Assembly (NCBI GenBank): GCA_002633005.1
Contig: NMRA01000168.1
Span: 499,129 to 563,128, forward strand
Length of the DNA stretch: 64,000 nt
Direction: 5' to 3'
Origin: Phoronis australis
Taxonomy: Eukaryota; Animalia; Phoronida
This document shows positions 36,001-49,245 of this stretch, piece after piece. The stretch's first letter is position 1; each line of letters begins with the position of its first letter. A model generated the notes under the pieces. It did not search any database. It was given only the letters and a program-made list of their open reading frames with translations, and was not told the DNA's origin. Both the position numbers and the translations under genes were made by a program.

Positions 36001-39000
36001 GATGCAAAATTGTTTAGTGCATTTTCTTATAATTTTATAACAATTTCTAACCTCTATGTATCTTTTCTGAAGCGTATATAACTATTTTTTGTATTAGAAA
36101 AATGTTGTGGATCATGTACAAAATATCACATTTTCGTTACGACTATTAACATAGCATTGAGTCGAAGCCTAAGGGTCAACAAATTCAAACTTAGTGATTT
36201 TTGATTGAAATCTACTATTGCAACAAGCACAAATGCTACAGTGGCGGATCTAGGATATCACAAGGGGGGGCCCAACATTTTGTCCGGCTGTAAGCATTTG
36301 CGCAAACTGAACCACGATTGTAGGTGCGCACAGCACCGAATGGGGGGTGGTCAGGAAATTTTTCTGTTTTTACCTCTAAAAATCAAGCATTTTCCTTGAT
36401 TCCTGAAGTATTATCCAAGAAAAAAAGGCAAACAAATACGGAGAACGTGTCAAACAGGAAAAACTCCATGTACCAACGACTAGAAATCACGACCTGGTGG
36501 ATAGAGCGCGCGTGCGTTACCACTACATCACCACGATTTAACTACTAATCTCATACTAAGAGACCTACTTGATTATGGTCCACAGCGTTTGCGCGCGAAA
36601 CCTACTTCTTTTTGTAATGCTTGTTACACGTTTTATATTTTGTGTCATCAATTCTTAACAAATTTGTTGTATTTAAAATAGTCTTCAAATGCCCAAAAGA
36701 CAAATCCGTTTTTCGTGTTGGCAATAATGACGGGATTGCTTTGGAAATCGTATTAAGTTAAGGTTTGACAAAGAGACAATTGCGAGTTTCTGAGTGATTA
36801 ACTAAGGCTTCGATTAAAATTCACATCTTACCAGCAGCTTTTGTTTTTTCATCGTCACTCAGGTTAAATTTTCTTTAAAAAATGAAGTAAATTTTGTTCA
36901 TTGCCCAATGGAGCAGACGACGGAAACGGAGTCGTAGTGCGCAGCGCCACTGCCGGTCGCCTGGGATATCGCGGGAGAGCCTATACTTACCAACCAACAC
37001 TAAAACTGTACACATTTAAATCTTTTTTCATCCGTATTTTTAATTACCGGGGTTAAGTACTAAATTCAACATTTCCCTACGCTCTTGCTGTTTTATTTTT
37101 TGCGGCAGCCCCCCTCTAAATCCGCCTATGTGCTAAGCTGAATCTGAAATATGACTTCAGGGGATTGCTTTCATTTATATTGATTTTCTCATGATTTGGA
37201 CTTTTAAAAGTGCCCCATCGGTCGACATATAACAAAAGAGCGAAATAAGAAACACTTGTTTGTGCTTATAGGTTGTGTATATAACACCATCAAAGGACAT
37301 GCAAAGTGTAGATGCAAGCGACCATGTCATCATAAAGAACAAGTTTAATGAACAGGCTGAAAGGTGATTTTAATTTCAAATAATACTAGTTGAACGATTT
37401 GGGCCTAGAGTTAATGGTTTAGTTTCTGTTGCTTTCACACTGACTTGCTACGGCCCCAATCTCTTTGCTCATAGCAAAAGCTCGTTATGGTCCATCATGC
37501 ATGGCGGTGTGTCAAAGGCATCTGAGTCGCTTCTTTGATTTGGTTTTCCACCATGATCAAAGGATACAATATTGTTTGAAGGTCTTATTCGTATTGAATG
37601 ACACAGGCAAGAAATTCAGTTTTTGGTGCTCAAAAACTAAACACCTACAATAATATAGGTAACCTCGCTCTTCGTTCGCTTTCTTTCGGGGCGTTCTATT
37701 TTAATTTAAGCAACTTCAGTTGTGAAGCAAGAAATTAAATTTTGTGCTTGTCTAATAAGGTAAAACTGTTGGAACACCAATTTAAAGTATTTAAAAAGGC
37801 AGCTAAACAGCGCCTCTGTATTGTGCTTCTGTTCATTACTGTAATACTAACGTTAATGGATGTGGCGCCTGTACATTATTATTTATTTATTATATTGACA
37901 TAAATGTGCCAGTAAATACAATCTCAAAGACAGAATATTCACCACACTCCCCCAGCCTCAATGGGATCACTCAGTCACCTAATAACAATTAAACCATGAC
38001 ATAACATGTTGCACACACTCAAATATGACCACTTCAGACTAGTTTATAAACAAATAATTAATTCTGACCTGAAAAGCGTCTTGAATGAATTTCGCTAGAC
38101 CTTTCATGTAGGGACAAATGAAAAAAATGAGAATGACATAATGACCCTCTTACCGCCGCCTTGTTCATATTGATGTCGGCTAACATAAAATCGACAATTT
38201 TTTGACAGAAATTTTGACGTTATGTTATTGACGTACGTGACTTTTAGCTTCCTCCTCGTTTACTAATTTTCATTTGGGTCAAAGATTGTGGTTGTACTTA
38301 AAATATGCTGTCTCCTTCATTCACAGAAGACCTGAAGCTGGAGAGACCCCAATACGACACACCAGCAGTGGAGGTATGAAATCAGTCATCTTTCGTCATC
38401 ATCGTTATCGAAAATAGTCGTCATCGTCTTCGCCGTTGTCATCACCTGTAATTACCATCTAGCATCGTCAAAATCACCTTCGTTTTCGTAATCATCAATC
38501 ATGACTGTCGTCTTTTAACTTTGTTGTCATACTCGTGGTCGTCCTTGAAATGTTATTCTTCATCGTCTATTTCCGATCCCAGTTTTCGTCATCATACCCC
38601 CATTTATTACCATCCACTTCATCATAATCAATCACCATCGTCAATAATTATTATTGTTTGTCTTCTCATCACCATAATGAATACATAAAATGCAACGAGA
38701 TCGAACGAATAATGTTGAGTGGGACGCTATTTCATTTACTCCAATTGAGGTATGTTTTGTATTTATATAATACGCTTCGAATTCTTAAATTGCGTTTATT
38801 TTTTGACTCAGACTGTTCACGTGGCAGATCACAACCTACAATGTACTTGCTCGTTAAGTTACAAGTTTACTCTAGTAAAAGAAAACAGTATTAAATGTAA
38901 CGAATTCTTACCAGAAAACGAAACAGCAACGGTAATTGTGCATTTAACTTTTAACATTTTTGAAAATAATTAGACAACAGGAATACTACATTGTACACCT

Positions 39001-42000
39001 GTAGTTACCGACGAAGTTGCACCTTTCTGACTTGCAGACGATAATATTTTAGCAAATAAAACTGCGACATAACAGCTATACAAACCAACACTTTTGCACC
39101 AGATGTTATGTTTGTGTCCTGATTGCATGTTGAGTGCAAATTATACTACTGTATCGGTTGAAATTATTTTGGGAAAGTCTGAAGTGACTGAACCGGTTAC
39201 TGACATCGAGTCGATGTTGACCTACCTTTTGTACTTTTCATGTCCGAGTATAGAGGACACTGTTAAAAGTAGTCCCGGGAGCACAATACGGAAATTAATA
39301 TCACGTAACCGTATTGCACTCAACTTATTCAACGCGTATGTTATAAATTACAATCACTCATGTTGAACAATTATCGTTTAACCTGACAATCATCAATCGT
39401 TTTCAAAATCGTCATCATGCCAAGTTGTCGTACCTACCACCACCACCACAAGCTTGTCTTCATTGTTTTTCATCCGCCAGATGTCTCTGTCCAGAAGTTA
39501 TTTGTTTATTTTTGAAGAACTTAACGCTATTATTGTGCCTCCCCAAAATCCCATCCATTGTCAGGAGAGGTATATCATAGGATTACTTAATCTATTTGTA
39601 TACTTTTGGACTTAAATCCCTATCATAACACTCCCTCCCTGCGCAAATACGGGGCAGCCTTTCATACAAAGAATTATAAAAATCCTAAAATTCGCTACAC
39701 AAAACAGGTACATGTACAAGAAATGGATACACTTGCTGAAAAGTTTGCCATCGTTCAGGTGTAAGTTACTGACATAACTGGACACCCACTTCCACATTTG
39801 GTCACATTGTCTACTTTCATTGTGCTTCCGGAAATTACATTATTAGATACAATGAGACTTTCAATCATTCAATAACCCCCCGGAAAACCTTTCCTCTCCT
39901 CGTTTTTGGGAAATCTGAGACATGGGATGTATCCAATTAATTGTGTAATTAATTGTTGCGCAGTCGGCAGAGCAGTCCTGACTTGGTGGGAGCTGACATG
40001 TTGTTTTTTGACCAGAACAGCGCTAGACAGGTTCAGGATCTGAAACGTGAGATTTAGATTAACCACTATACTGCGAGGGATCGATTGAGAGAGTGGTGGT
40101 TTAGTGATCGGAGTTGGTAGTCCACCTCGAAATGCCGTTCATGAACAGGTCACTGATTGAGACGTAGTAGGGACGAGTCATTGACATAGTTTCCTCAAAT
40201 TCTGTAATTTTTATTTCATACCAGAAGTGGATAGCATTTGAATTTAGTGTTTTCATAACTCATTGCAACTCTTTACATTATAGCCCCTCCTATAAAATTC
40301 AGCTCTTCAGCCTGATCTACTGTACACGACCCCGGTAAATCCCTTGATAGTAACACCTCCTCTTTTGGACATACACTATCTTTTGTCTCCCGCTAATATC
40401 AAATCTCGCATACAACTAGTGGACATATTTTCACATACGTAATCGCTGAATTTGATAAATACATATATTTTTAGATATTCCTGTCATTCAGAGCAAGTCT
40501 ACAGTAAAAGTAGTGCTTGGAAGTAAACGGTAAGTGTTCATGGGTTGCCAATTTCGTTTCAAAGTCAAAATGCATGCGCAAATTCATATTAGAACGTAGT
40601 TACATCTTTGTTTTTATTGTCATCTTTCATACCGACGAGGTGTGCTGTTTTTATGGCCAACATAATATTACATAATAAAACGGAAATTTGTGCTCTAACT
40701 AAGTAGATTTGGACCTGGAGTCGAGGTTCTGTATCAACTCAACTCCAAAGTTGACCAATTGCATGGTGCACTTTAACCCGTTTGTACTCGGAACATGCGG
40801 CTTGATGGTGGATGAAATTCGAGTCCGAGTCTGAATTGAGTCGGAGTTCGAACTTCAGATCGTAATCTATGATCACGCAATGAGTGCAATAGCTATAGGT
40901 TTACACTTTTATGAAAGACTGAGCACTTTTGAAAACAAACGTCCAAAACGGTTGAATCGTTGTTGATTGAAGATATAAAAAAATTGTCATTAGTTGATGA
41001 CCACTTGGCGAATCATAGAATCCTCGAGAAAATAAATGACAGCTGAGATATAAATGTCGCCCAACACCAAAAATGCAAGACCTCAGTACAATAATGTAGT
41101 AATTAACATCGCAAATTTGTTTAATTTGAAGGTTCCATGGCGAAACGACATCTCATCACTGGGGTTTGAAAGTGGATTCTATTGTTTCCATTCCGGTAAG
41201 GAGAACGGCAAAACATTTTGTCTAAGATTATTGTCTTGCAGTTCACAGTTTAAATAATATAATAATAATCATACCAAAATTTTATGCATAACTTCTGTTT
41301 TTGTAGCCACCCCCTAGCCGTGTCCCGTTGAAAAATGTTTCCGCTGAGATAGACGTGGCATTCAATTGCATCGAGAAACACACAAACAAATGTAAGTATG
41401 TCACTGTCTTTTTTGTTTAAGCTAGATTATTTCATCTTTGTGACTACGTTTCAGTACGGAGGGTCAAGATCTTAAAAATGATGTTGCACTCGCCTCTGTC
41501 ACGGGATTGTGTTTGAAACCTTATATGTACTGTTGTACTAAAACGTGTACCTGGAATTTGCTGCTAGTGTATAATTGTGTTATTTTATTCCAATAGCAAA
41601 ATTTTTATTTCATCTCTGTTACTCTGCCATAATATTTATTAACACTCATAATGTTTTTTCTTGGAAAATCCAAAATTTTATTATTAATATTGTTGTTATT
41701 GTTATTACTGTTCTTATTGTTATTATCATTTTGATAATTGTTATCGTTATAGTTATTGCTATTATTATTATTATTATTATTATTATTGTTACTGTGATTG
41801 TTATTGTCATTGTTGTTATTTTTGTACTTACGGCATCATAATTATTACCATTACCATTATCAGCATTATTAGTAAGACATGTTTTCAGTGTAAGCAGGTA
41901 GTGTATACAGCTGGTGGTCTCCCACAAACGGAATCAAGACTCCTTCTTCCTTCCCCATTTCATTATATGTATTAGGAAACTTACATGATCATCTTCGAAG

Positions 42001-45000
42001 ACCTAATTGTGTTCGTGATAGGCGAATGATTATAGTTTGGGTCATTCTTGCTAAATATGAAAGGTGCCAGACAGGATATGCCCAAACATCGAATCAAACG
42101 CCAGAACCATTGGACCATCCACTTGAACCAGTGACTCACGCCTACAGTATGCCCTAGTGGCAATGGTGTTCTCTACCTCATTCATTCTTCTGCTTTGTTG
42201 CCGGAACCATCTCAAATCAGATGTCCGCCAGAGTGACCCCATAAGTACCTTTAAATCCTGGTAATTATGGAATGTTTAATTGTATGACCCCTCACATTGG
42301 TGTTCCAGTCTTTCTGTTACCGTTTATATTTTAATTCTATTTTTCCAAATGCCATTACGTTATCCAGATTTGCAACATGCTCTTTCACATTAGAACCCTA
42401 CAGGAGATCAGTACCCTTTACTGAATAGTTCTTATCTTAAATGCATCTCACTAATAATATTTTACTACTACGGGGGTGTTTTACAACAAACTGGACGACG
42501 AAATTTGTTTTACTTACGTGAACCGTAAAAACGATCTTTCTTCCAAAATCGACGTTTCTAAAACTTTCAACCACATTACGCAACTTTTTTAAAAACGCGC
42601 TTGAGCATATGAAAATTTAACCCAATTACTTTTTGTTAATAATTTTATTTAGACTGAACAATTGTTATTATCTTTTGTAGCAAACGTTCAAGTTAAAATG
42701 TAATAAATATTCTTTGAAGCTGAAACATTAAAAATTAACACGTTTATAAATAACAGTCAGCACTGCTTCCCAGCGAGTGAGCACTGAATTGACATTGAGA
42801 CAGCAAAGCTAGTCAGTCTCACCACGTGGTTTCCTGAATTGGGCGTTCGTCTGCGTTTCTAGAATGAACGTGGATATGGCCGCCGAAGATGGATCCGTTT
42901 GATAAAATAGTTTGCACGTTCTTCCGGCTAGGAGTACATACCGTTGCAACAACCAAATTGTCAATCATAAACTTGTCACCTTCACGGGATTCCGGCATTA
43001 TTTGGTTGTTGTTATTAGTGTTTTGCAGACAATAAAATATAAGGCGTATAGATTTCTACTTTGTACTACTTTGTGATTCACCCATGTAGCATAAAAAATC
43101 ACGTACTCGGTGTTATTCAACAGTCGTGTCGTAACGCATTCCATTTCCTATGAGAAATATCCGTTTATATTCTTATGGAATGGTGGGTAAATCTGATGCT
43201 GTCCCACCCACTTTGTCAAAATATTTACAACTAACTGTGACGGGCTATTTACGAATAAAAACTTAGTGGCTAGGTCCATTAATATCACCATAATTTATGA
43301 GCAAATTTCGATGAAAATTCAATTTTATCCGCAGGGACTAAATTGTCAAAAATGCCTGGCAGAGATTTGTCGAAGTCTGTCCACTTTATTTTGAGAACTA
43401 CAGAGCGAACCGCAACATCGTACGCAAAAATCATGCCAGTACAATAAACCGAAAGCCAATGCTAGAATTAGTTGAGTATCGTGCGTCCAATTGATTTTCT
43501 ACCGATTAAAGTCCTTCTCTCACGCGTTGTTAACCCTTATTACATGGTTAGAGGATGTTAAAAGGATCCAAGAAGTACCTACCCCATAACTAATACACGA
43601 TCCGTACTCGAAAAAGTTTAAATGAACGCGCCACTCACGATTCGCACCCGAAGAACCACCGCTATTTTGAACTTGCCGCGAACCCGGAAGTACAATTCAT
43701 TCAGGAACCCAGGCCGAGAAAACGCCGTCAGTACGACTGGAACAGTGCCTGTACTGTTACCAGCCAGCAAACGGGGATAAAATAATCGACAGCGTGCCTT
43801 AATTTTAATATCAAACTACGGACAAGTTTATCGAATTTGCTGAAGAAATGTGGCGAATAAATTTTGACAGAAATTATTTTGCCTGACTCGGGACCGCAGC
43901 CTATCGGACCCGGTGCATATCTAGACCAGACACTGGCTAACGGTAAATGCTTGCGGTTGCAAGCTGTTTTGTCGAAGTAAAATGGTCAAATCATAAATGC
44001 TGCACATATTCAAGGGTAGTTTCATACACTTGCATGAATTTTTGGGAATGTCTATCTTTTACTATAAGATTCAGTGGGTATGTTCAGAGCTATGAATTGC
44101 AGACGCTAAATTTTGGAACTTCCTGTCTTCTAGTGGAATATTGTCTCATTTTCTACTTTTTCAAAATTCGTGCTTCTGTGACTGAGGCAGACCTTTTTCC
44201 AGTTCTCCAAAAGGGGGCTCGTTCGAGCTCATAAGTATGACAAGTCCAATACAAAATGTTATCATTTTTTTATTCCTTAACCCAAAATGATTCAAACTTT
44301 TAACATAATAAGTAACTTAAAATGCACAATACTTTACAACATTTAACATTACAAACACTATTCAACAGCAACAGTTTCCATGATATGAAAGTGGACATAC
44401 ATGGTGACGGAATAGTGTTTCCTTACACCAGAATTTGACAAGCATCATTTAAAAAATATAAAGTTGCAAGGAATAAGAATTAAAGGCTTTAAGCTTCACA
44501 ATCCAACATAGCTTATTTCTCAAATTAAGATTATTCAAATTGATGACTTGATAAGCTGAATTAAGAAGCAATGTTACAAAACATGACATGAAAGCAATTG
44601 AGACTTAAAATTTAGAAAAATATGAATCATTTTGTGACACCGAATCAAGTCTTGAACAGCAGCTGACAGTCAAACAAAAAACCATTTCAAAATTATTTCA
44701 ACTATTTTTTAGCTTAGTGTCAGATCACCTGAATGGGAAATTTACAGTAAAGTAATTCGAATACATCTTATATTTTTGCACAAAAAACAGGAAAATTGAA
44801 CAAAATTTCTTTTTTTGTAGCAACGTTTGTCAAAATGTATCAACGTTAAATCTTCACAAATTACAAAGTAGCCGATTGAACATGCCTTTTAGTTCAGCAA
44901 AAGTCGGTGCCGCCAGAAAGGATACGAAGTCCAAAGGAAATTGTGAGCACATTTATCACTTAATGAGTAACAACTGCGAGGCTGAAATTTGGTGAACACT

Positions 45001-48000
45001 GTTAAATCGTGGCCGACTCGATCCAAACAAAGTGACCCAAATTTCGCAACAAAACTTGCAATAACGATGATAGCAAAGCACTTTTTCAAAACGAGAAAAA
45101 AAATAATAAAACGGAAAAAAAATGGTTCGATCCATATTGGTTCCTAGGTTCGACCGGCCTACGTAAGGAACTAAACAGCAACGCTATTTTAACATACTAA
45201 GTACGCGTAACATTCAAAAAACATCAACGACCACTAAACTACAAACTATAAATACACTACATATGCAAACGAATCACGAGATATTACTAACAAAACATAA
45301 TAATGAAGACTTTTCGAGCAAGCGATAGCACATTCAGTTACAAGGAAAAAATGGCGGCTTTCAGGACAAGTTCCTGAACTGATGAGCCGGAAATGTGGGT
45401 ACGGAAATAACCGATGACAACCGGTAATCATACGCTCAGAGAGAAGGGTCAAATACTGTTCAAAAATCGCTTTTGGGCAAGAAAGGCGAAAAGAATATAA
45501 AGTTAGGGTGTCGAAAATAAGATTTTATGTAGTAAGTATTTTCGGATACTGGAACCACATGGGCAGTTTGAGAGAAGGACTTTAATTTTGCGGTTGGCTT
45601 GCACGATATTTGTGCGTAGTTATTAGTGATTTGTATGTATGCTGTAATAACGTTACCGTATGATTCAGTGGTTCTGAAGTATGAGTCGAAAGTTTGTTGT
45701 ATGGGTGTCTGGAACACTTTATTACATAACTACATACATGAATACCCTCTCGCCATACCCTCTCTCACAATAACGTAAGAGGACGCCAAACCGTCTCGTT
45801 ATCTTTTCGCCCAACCTGCTTTTTCACAGTTATTATCTGTCTTGACACACTTCCTCACTGAGTTAAAACATGTCTTATTTGCTCGCTGTTTTTCCGACAC
45901 TCGCCGATAAACGTACCCAATGTCTTTAGGAACGCTTGGTGGGTACAAAGAATTAATAGTTCCAAGTTTCCTTCAAACTTTTGAAGGCTCATTATCGTTG
46001 GTGGTAAGTATTTTGTGAGAGTAATTGAGCTTTGTAATAGAAATGANCTGTAAACATTTGCGCAAAGCACAATTGTAGATGCGCACAGCACCGAATGGGG
46101 GGAGGTCGGGAGGGGGGTTTTCCCAGGATAATTTTTCTGATTTATCCTCTAAAAATCCAGCATTTTCCTTGATTCCTGAAGTATTATCCAAGAAAAAAAA
46201 CGGAGATCGTGTCAAACTTGAAAAACTGCAATTACCACAGACTCGAACTCACGGACAGAGCACGCGTGCATTACCACTGCACCGGCACGATTTAACTCGT
46301 AATATGATACTAACTAAGAGACCTTCTTGTTTATGGTCCACAGCGTTTGCGCGCGAAACCTACTTCTTTTTGTAATGTTTATTGCACTTTTTATATTTTG
46401 TGCAATCATTTCGTAACAAATTTGTTGTATTTAAATAAAATAGTCTTCAATTGCCCAAAAGACCAAATCCGCTTTTTGTGTTTGCATTAATGACGGGATT
46501 GCTTTGGAAGTCGTCTTAAGTTAAGGCTTGACAAAGAGAGAATTATGAGTTTCTGAGTGATTCAAAAAAGGCTTCAATTAAAATTCACATCTTACCAGCA
46601 GCTTCTGTTTTTTCATCGTCACTCAGATTCCATTTTCTTTCAAAAATGAAGTAATTTTCTTCATTGCACAGTGAAGCAGACGACAGAAACGGAGTCGTAG
46701 TGCGCAGCGCCACTGCCGGTCGCCTGGAGTATCGCGTGAGAGCCTATACATGTACTTAGCCATATTTCCGTTACGATTGCGCCGCGTTCCGAATTTGACA
46801 CTTGAAATTGGATTTGAACCCCCCCCCCAAACACACTAAAACTGCACACATTTAAATCTTGTTTCAGCCGTATACTGTTAATTACCGGGGTTAAGATTTC
46901 CCTACGCTCTTGTTGTTTTATTTTTTTGCAGCAGCCAAGGGGGGGGGGGCTTGCCCCCCTAAATCCGTCTATGACCAAATTGTCTCAAAACTGTCTTGCT
47001 TGTACCTTTAGATGCACCAAATCGAACTGAATGCGTCAACACACTAAAGAGCCATCTGACCAAATTAGACCCAGAAGACCTTTTATCTGTCGCTGAAGGA
47101 TTCTTAAATGCCACGTGCACAAATGGGGACGAGACATGCTTTGATAAACGCTTCCTGGTAATTGACATGTTGTGTCAAATCGCTACCCCCGAAGCTCAAG
47201 ATCTGGTTGTGAAAATCTTGGAATCAGATGACGCACACGAAGAGGAAACGAGACGAATTCTGTTTCATTTCGTTGGATTGAAGAACCCCGTTCAGGTATG
47301 TTGGAACTGATGTCTTTGTGCTCACTTTGAGCCGAAAATTGGTGCAGCGTTCAGTAGAACCAGACATGAATTCTGTAGACGCGAGAACCTCACTAAAACC
47401 CACGACCACATTGGATTCCACTGGGAGATTCTTGGTTCAACGGACGTTAGCCCGATTTTTGAGAGTATTCGCAATCGGAGACTTTGATATTGCGTTAAAG
47501 TTAGACACTTCGTTGATGAAAAGACTCAGCAGTTCTTTTTGAATCCACGTCGTCAGTTTTGTCCAGTATTTGAATTTAAATACAAACTGATGATTTCTGT
47601 TATTTACACCATATGATGTTGTGTATGTTAATAGGGCACTGTCGACGCTGTGCACAACATGTGTGTAGGCAAGAACAAGCAGAATCACGGTAAGCTGTTT
47701 TTGTCATACACTGCAGTTATTCCTACACTATTTATCATATTCGATGAGTGCTTTTACTTGGTTAAACATACATGTACATTCATAATGTACATTTGCTATT
47801 CCGAGTATTTTCAGTCATCGTCATATTGTTTGTGTTCGGCGATCATTCAACATAATATAATCTTTGAAATCTCTGTTCCCAGTTAAGCAGGTCTCATAAA
47901 CAACGCCGCATGAATATTTTCAAATCATATTTGATCGAAAATGAGCTCATCATTTCAGTAAATTACACCATCGAGGTGTCACAACTGTGTTAAAACCTTG

Positions 48001-49245
48001 TCCTCTCTACTGGTACAACCGTTGCCTTTGGGGATTGCATTCTGGATTTGTGTTGTTAGTTTAACGCTAAAGTGGTCAAACCGAATAACAAGAAATTTGC
48101 AGCTGGTTGCGAAATTTAACTTGGATTGTCTAAACAATTTTAAACAGGAAAGCACAATCATACATCGCAGACTCATCGCGCATGCCTCACTCTTGGGGCT
48201 CTAGCCAGGACAATGTCAGCAGCCAACGAAAGCAGGGCCGAAGAGATAGTAGATGACTTAAGTAGCTGGTTAGGTAGCCACGATGGAAGTAAGTGTCATC
48301 AATAACCTCTGAAGTAGCAGTTCTGTACAGTTTTAGAAGTTTCATTCTATTAAGTTGAAGTGCAGTGCTTTCGCAGTGGAATTAAGAGGTAGGAATCAAT
48401 CCAGGTAATGATAATGCAACTTCAAAAGTACTGACACTGGTGTTGCTCGCAGAAACACTAAGGCATGAAATGATGCGGAGCTACTGCATTTTTAAAAAAT
48501 GTTATAATCATATAACAAAAAATACGAAAGTCACACCTCCATAAATTGAATGTTATTTTTAGGCATTAAGTGAAATCGACCAACATAGTTTTTGGCATCT
48601 TAAGAACTTTAAGTATTGAAGTATGTTGTGGGCAGTATTACGTAGTTGAAAACGGCGCACGCATTTTTTTTGTTGCGCCTTTGCATGTTGTTACACAATG
48701 TCGTGCAATTTGGGCACACTGCCAATTACTGCTTCTCCAGATAAGATGGAACACGGGAGACACCGCATCAAACGAGAAATACCGCCTTGTAATGAGACGC
48801 ATGAGAAATACAGGTTATCCAAAATGATACTTATTGAAGCACTTGGAAACACCGGTCACCCCAAGGCTCTAGGACACATTATATCCTACACGAGAGCTAA
48901 TATGGGTCACTCTGCTTGGAGAAGGTCTGGAGTGAATGCCCTCAGATGGTTTACTTGCAAGAAGGTAACTATTTTGCTCATTGACCTGAAATATGCTGAA
49001 CGTTACAGGTGTAGTTACTGAAGCTCCCATTTTCTTAGTTGTCAAGTGACTCAAATGGAAAATACAACACCGTTACGTATTGTAGAGTTTTATTGTTCGT
49101 CCTTCCTTTAACAGAGCGCCCAAGTACTCATGGATACTGCCATGAACGACGACTATGACACCGTGCGAGAGAAGGCATACCGACTCTACAAAAAGCATCC
49201 TCAAAGAAAAAACATGACAACAGAAGAAGTGAACATGGTGTTTTC
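30042..49245 (+). CDS. Gene R: Vitellogenin_N / LLT module (N-terminal beta region plus alpha-helical repeats)
   Basis: FEDGYDYCYTY, GEITGVHF..DDEHELVNLKKALSGIF, NETDHSG, ATPEAQDLV, ACLTLGALA, LIEALGNTG and RRSGVNALR match LLTP (Vg/MTP/apoB) N-terminal motifs. Confidence 0.75.

Noticed and set aside
41870-45180. Possible non-LTR 3' end with (AAT)n tail and a large decayed palindromic element
   Set aside because: Repeat-like, but I could not establish termini, TSDs or coding remnants by eye.
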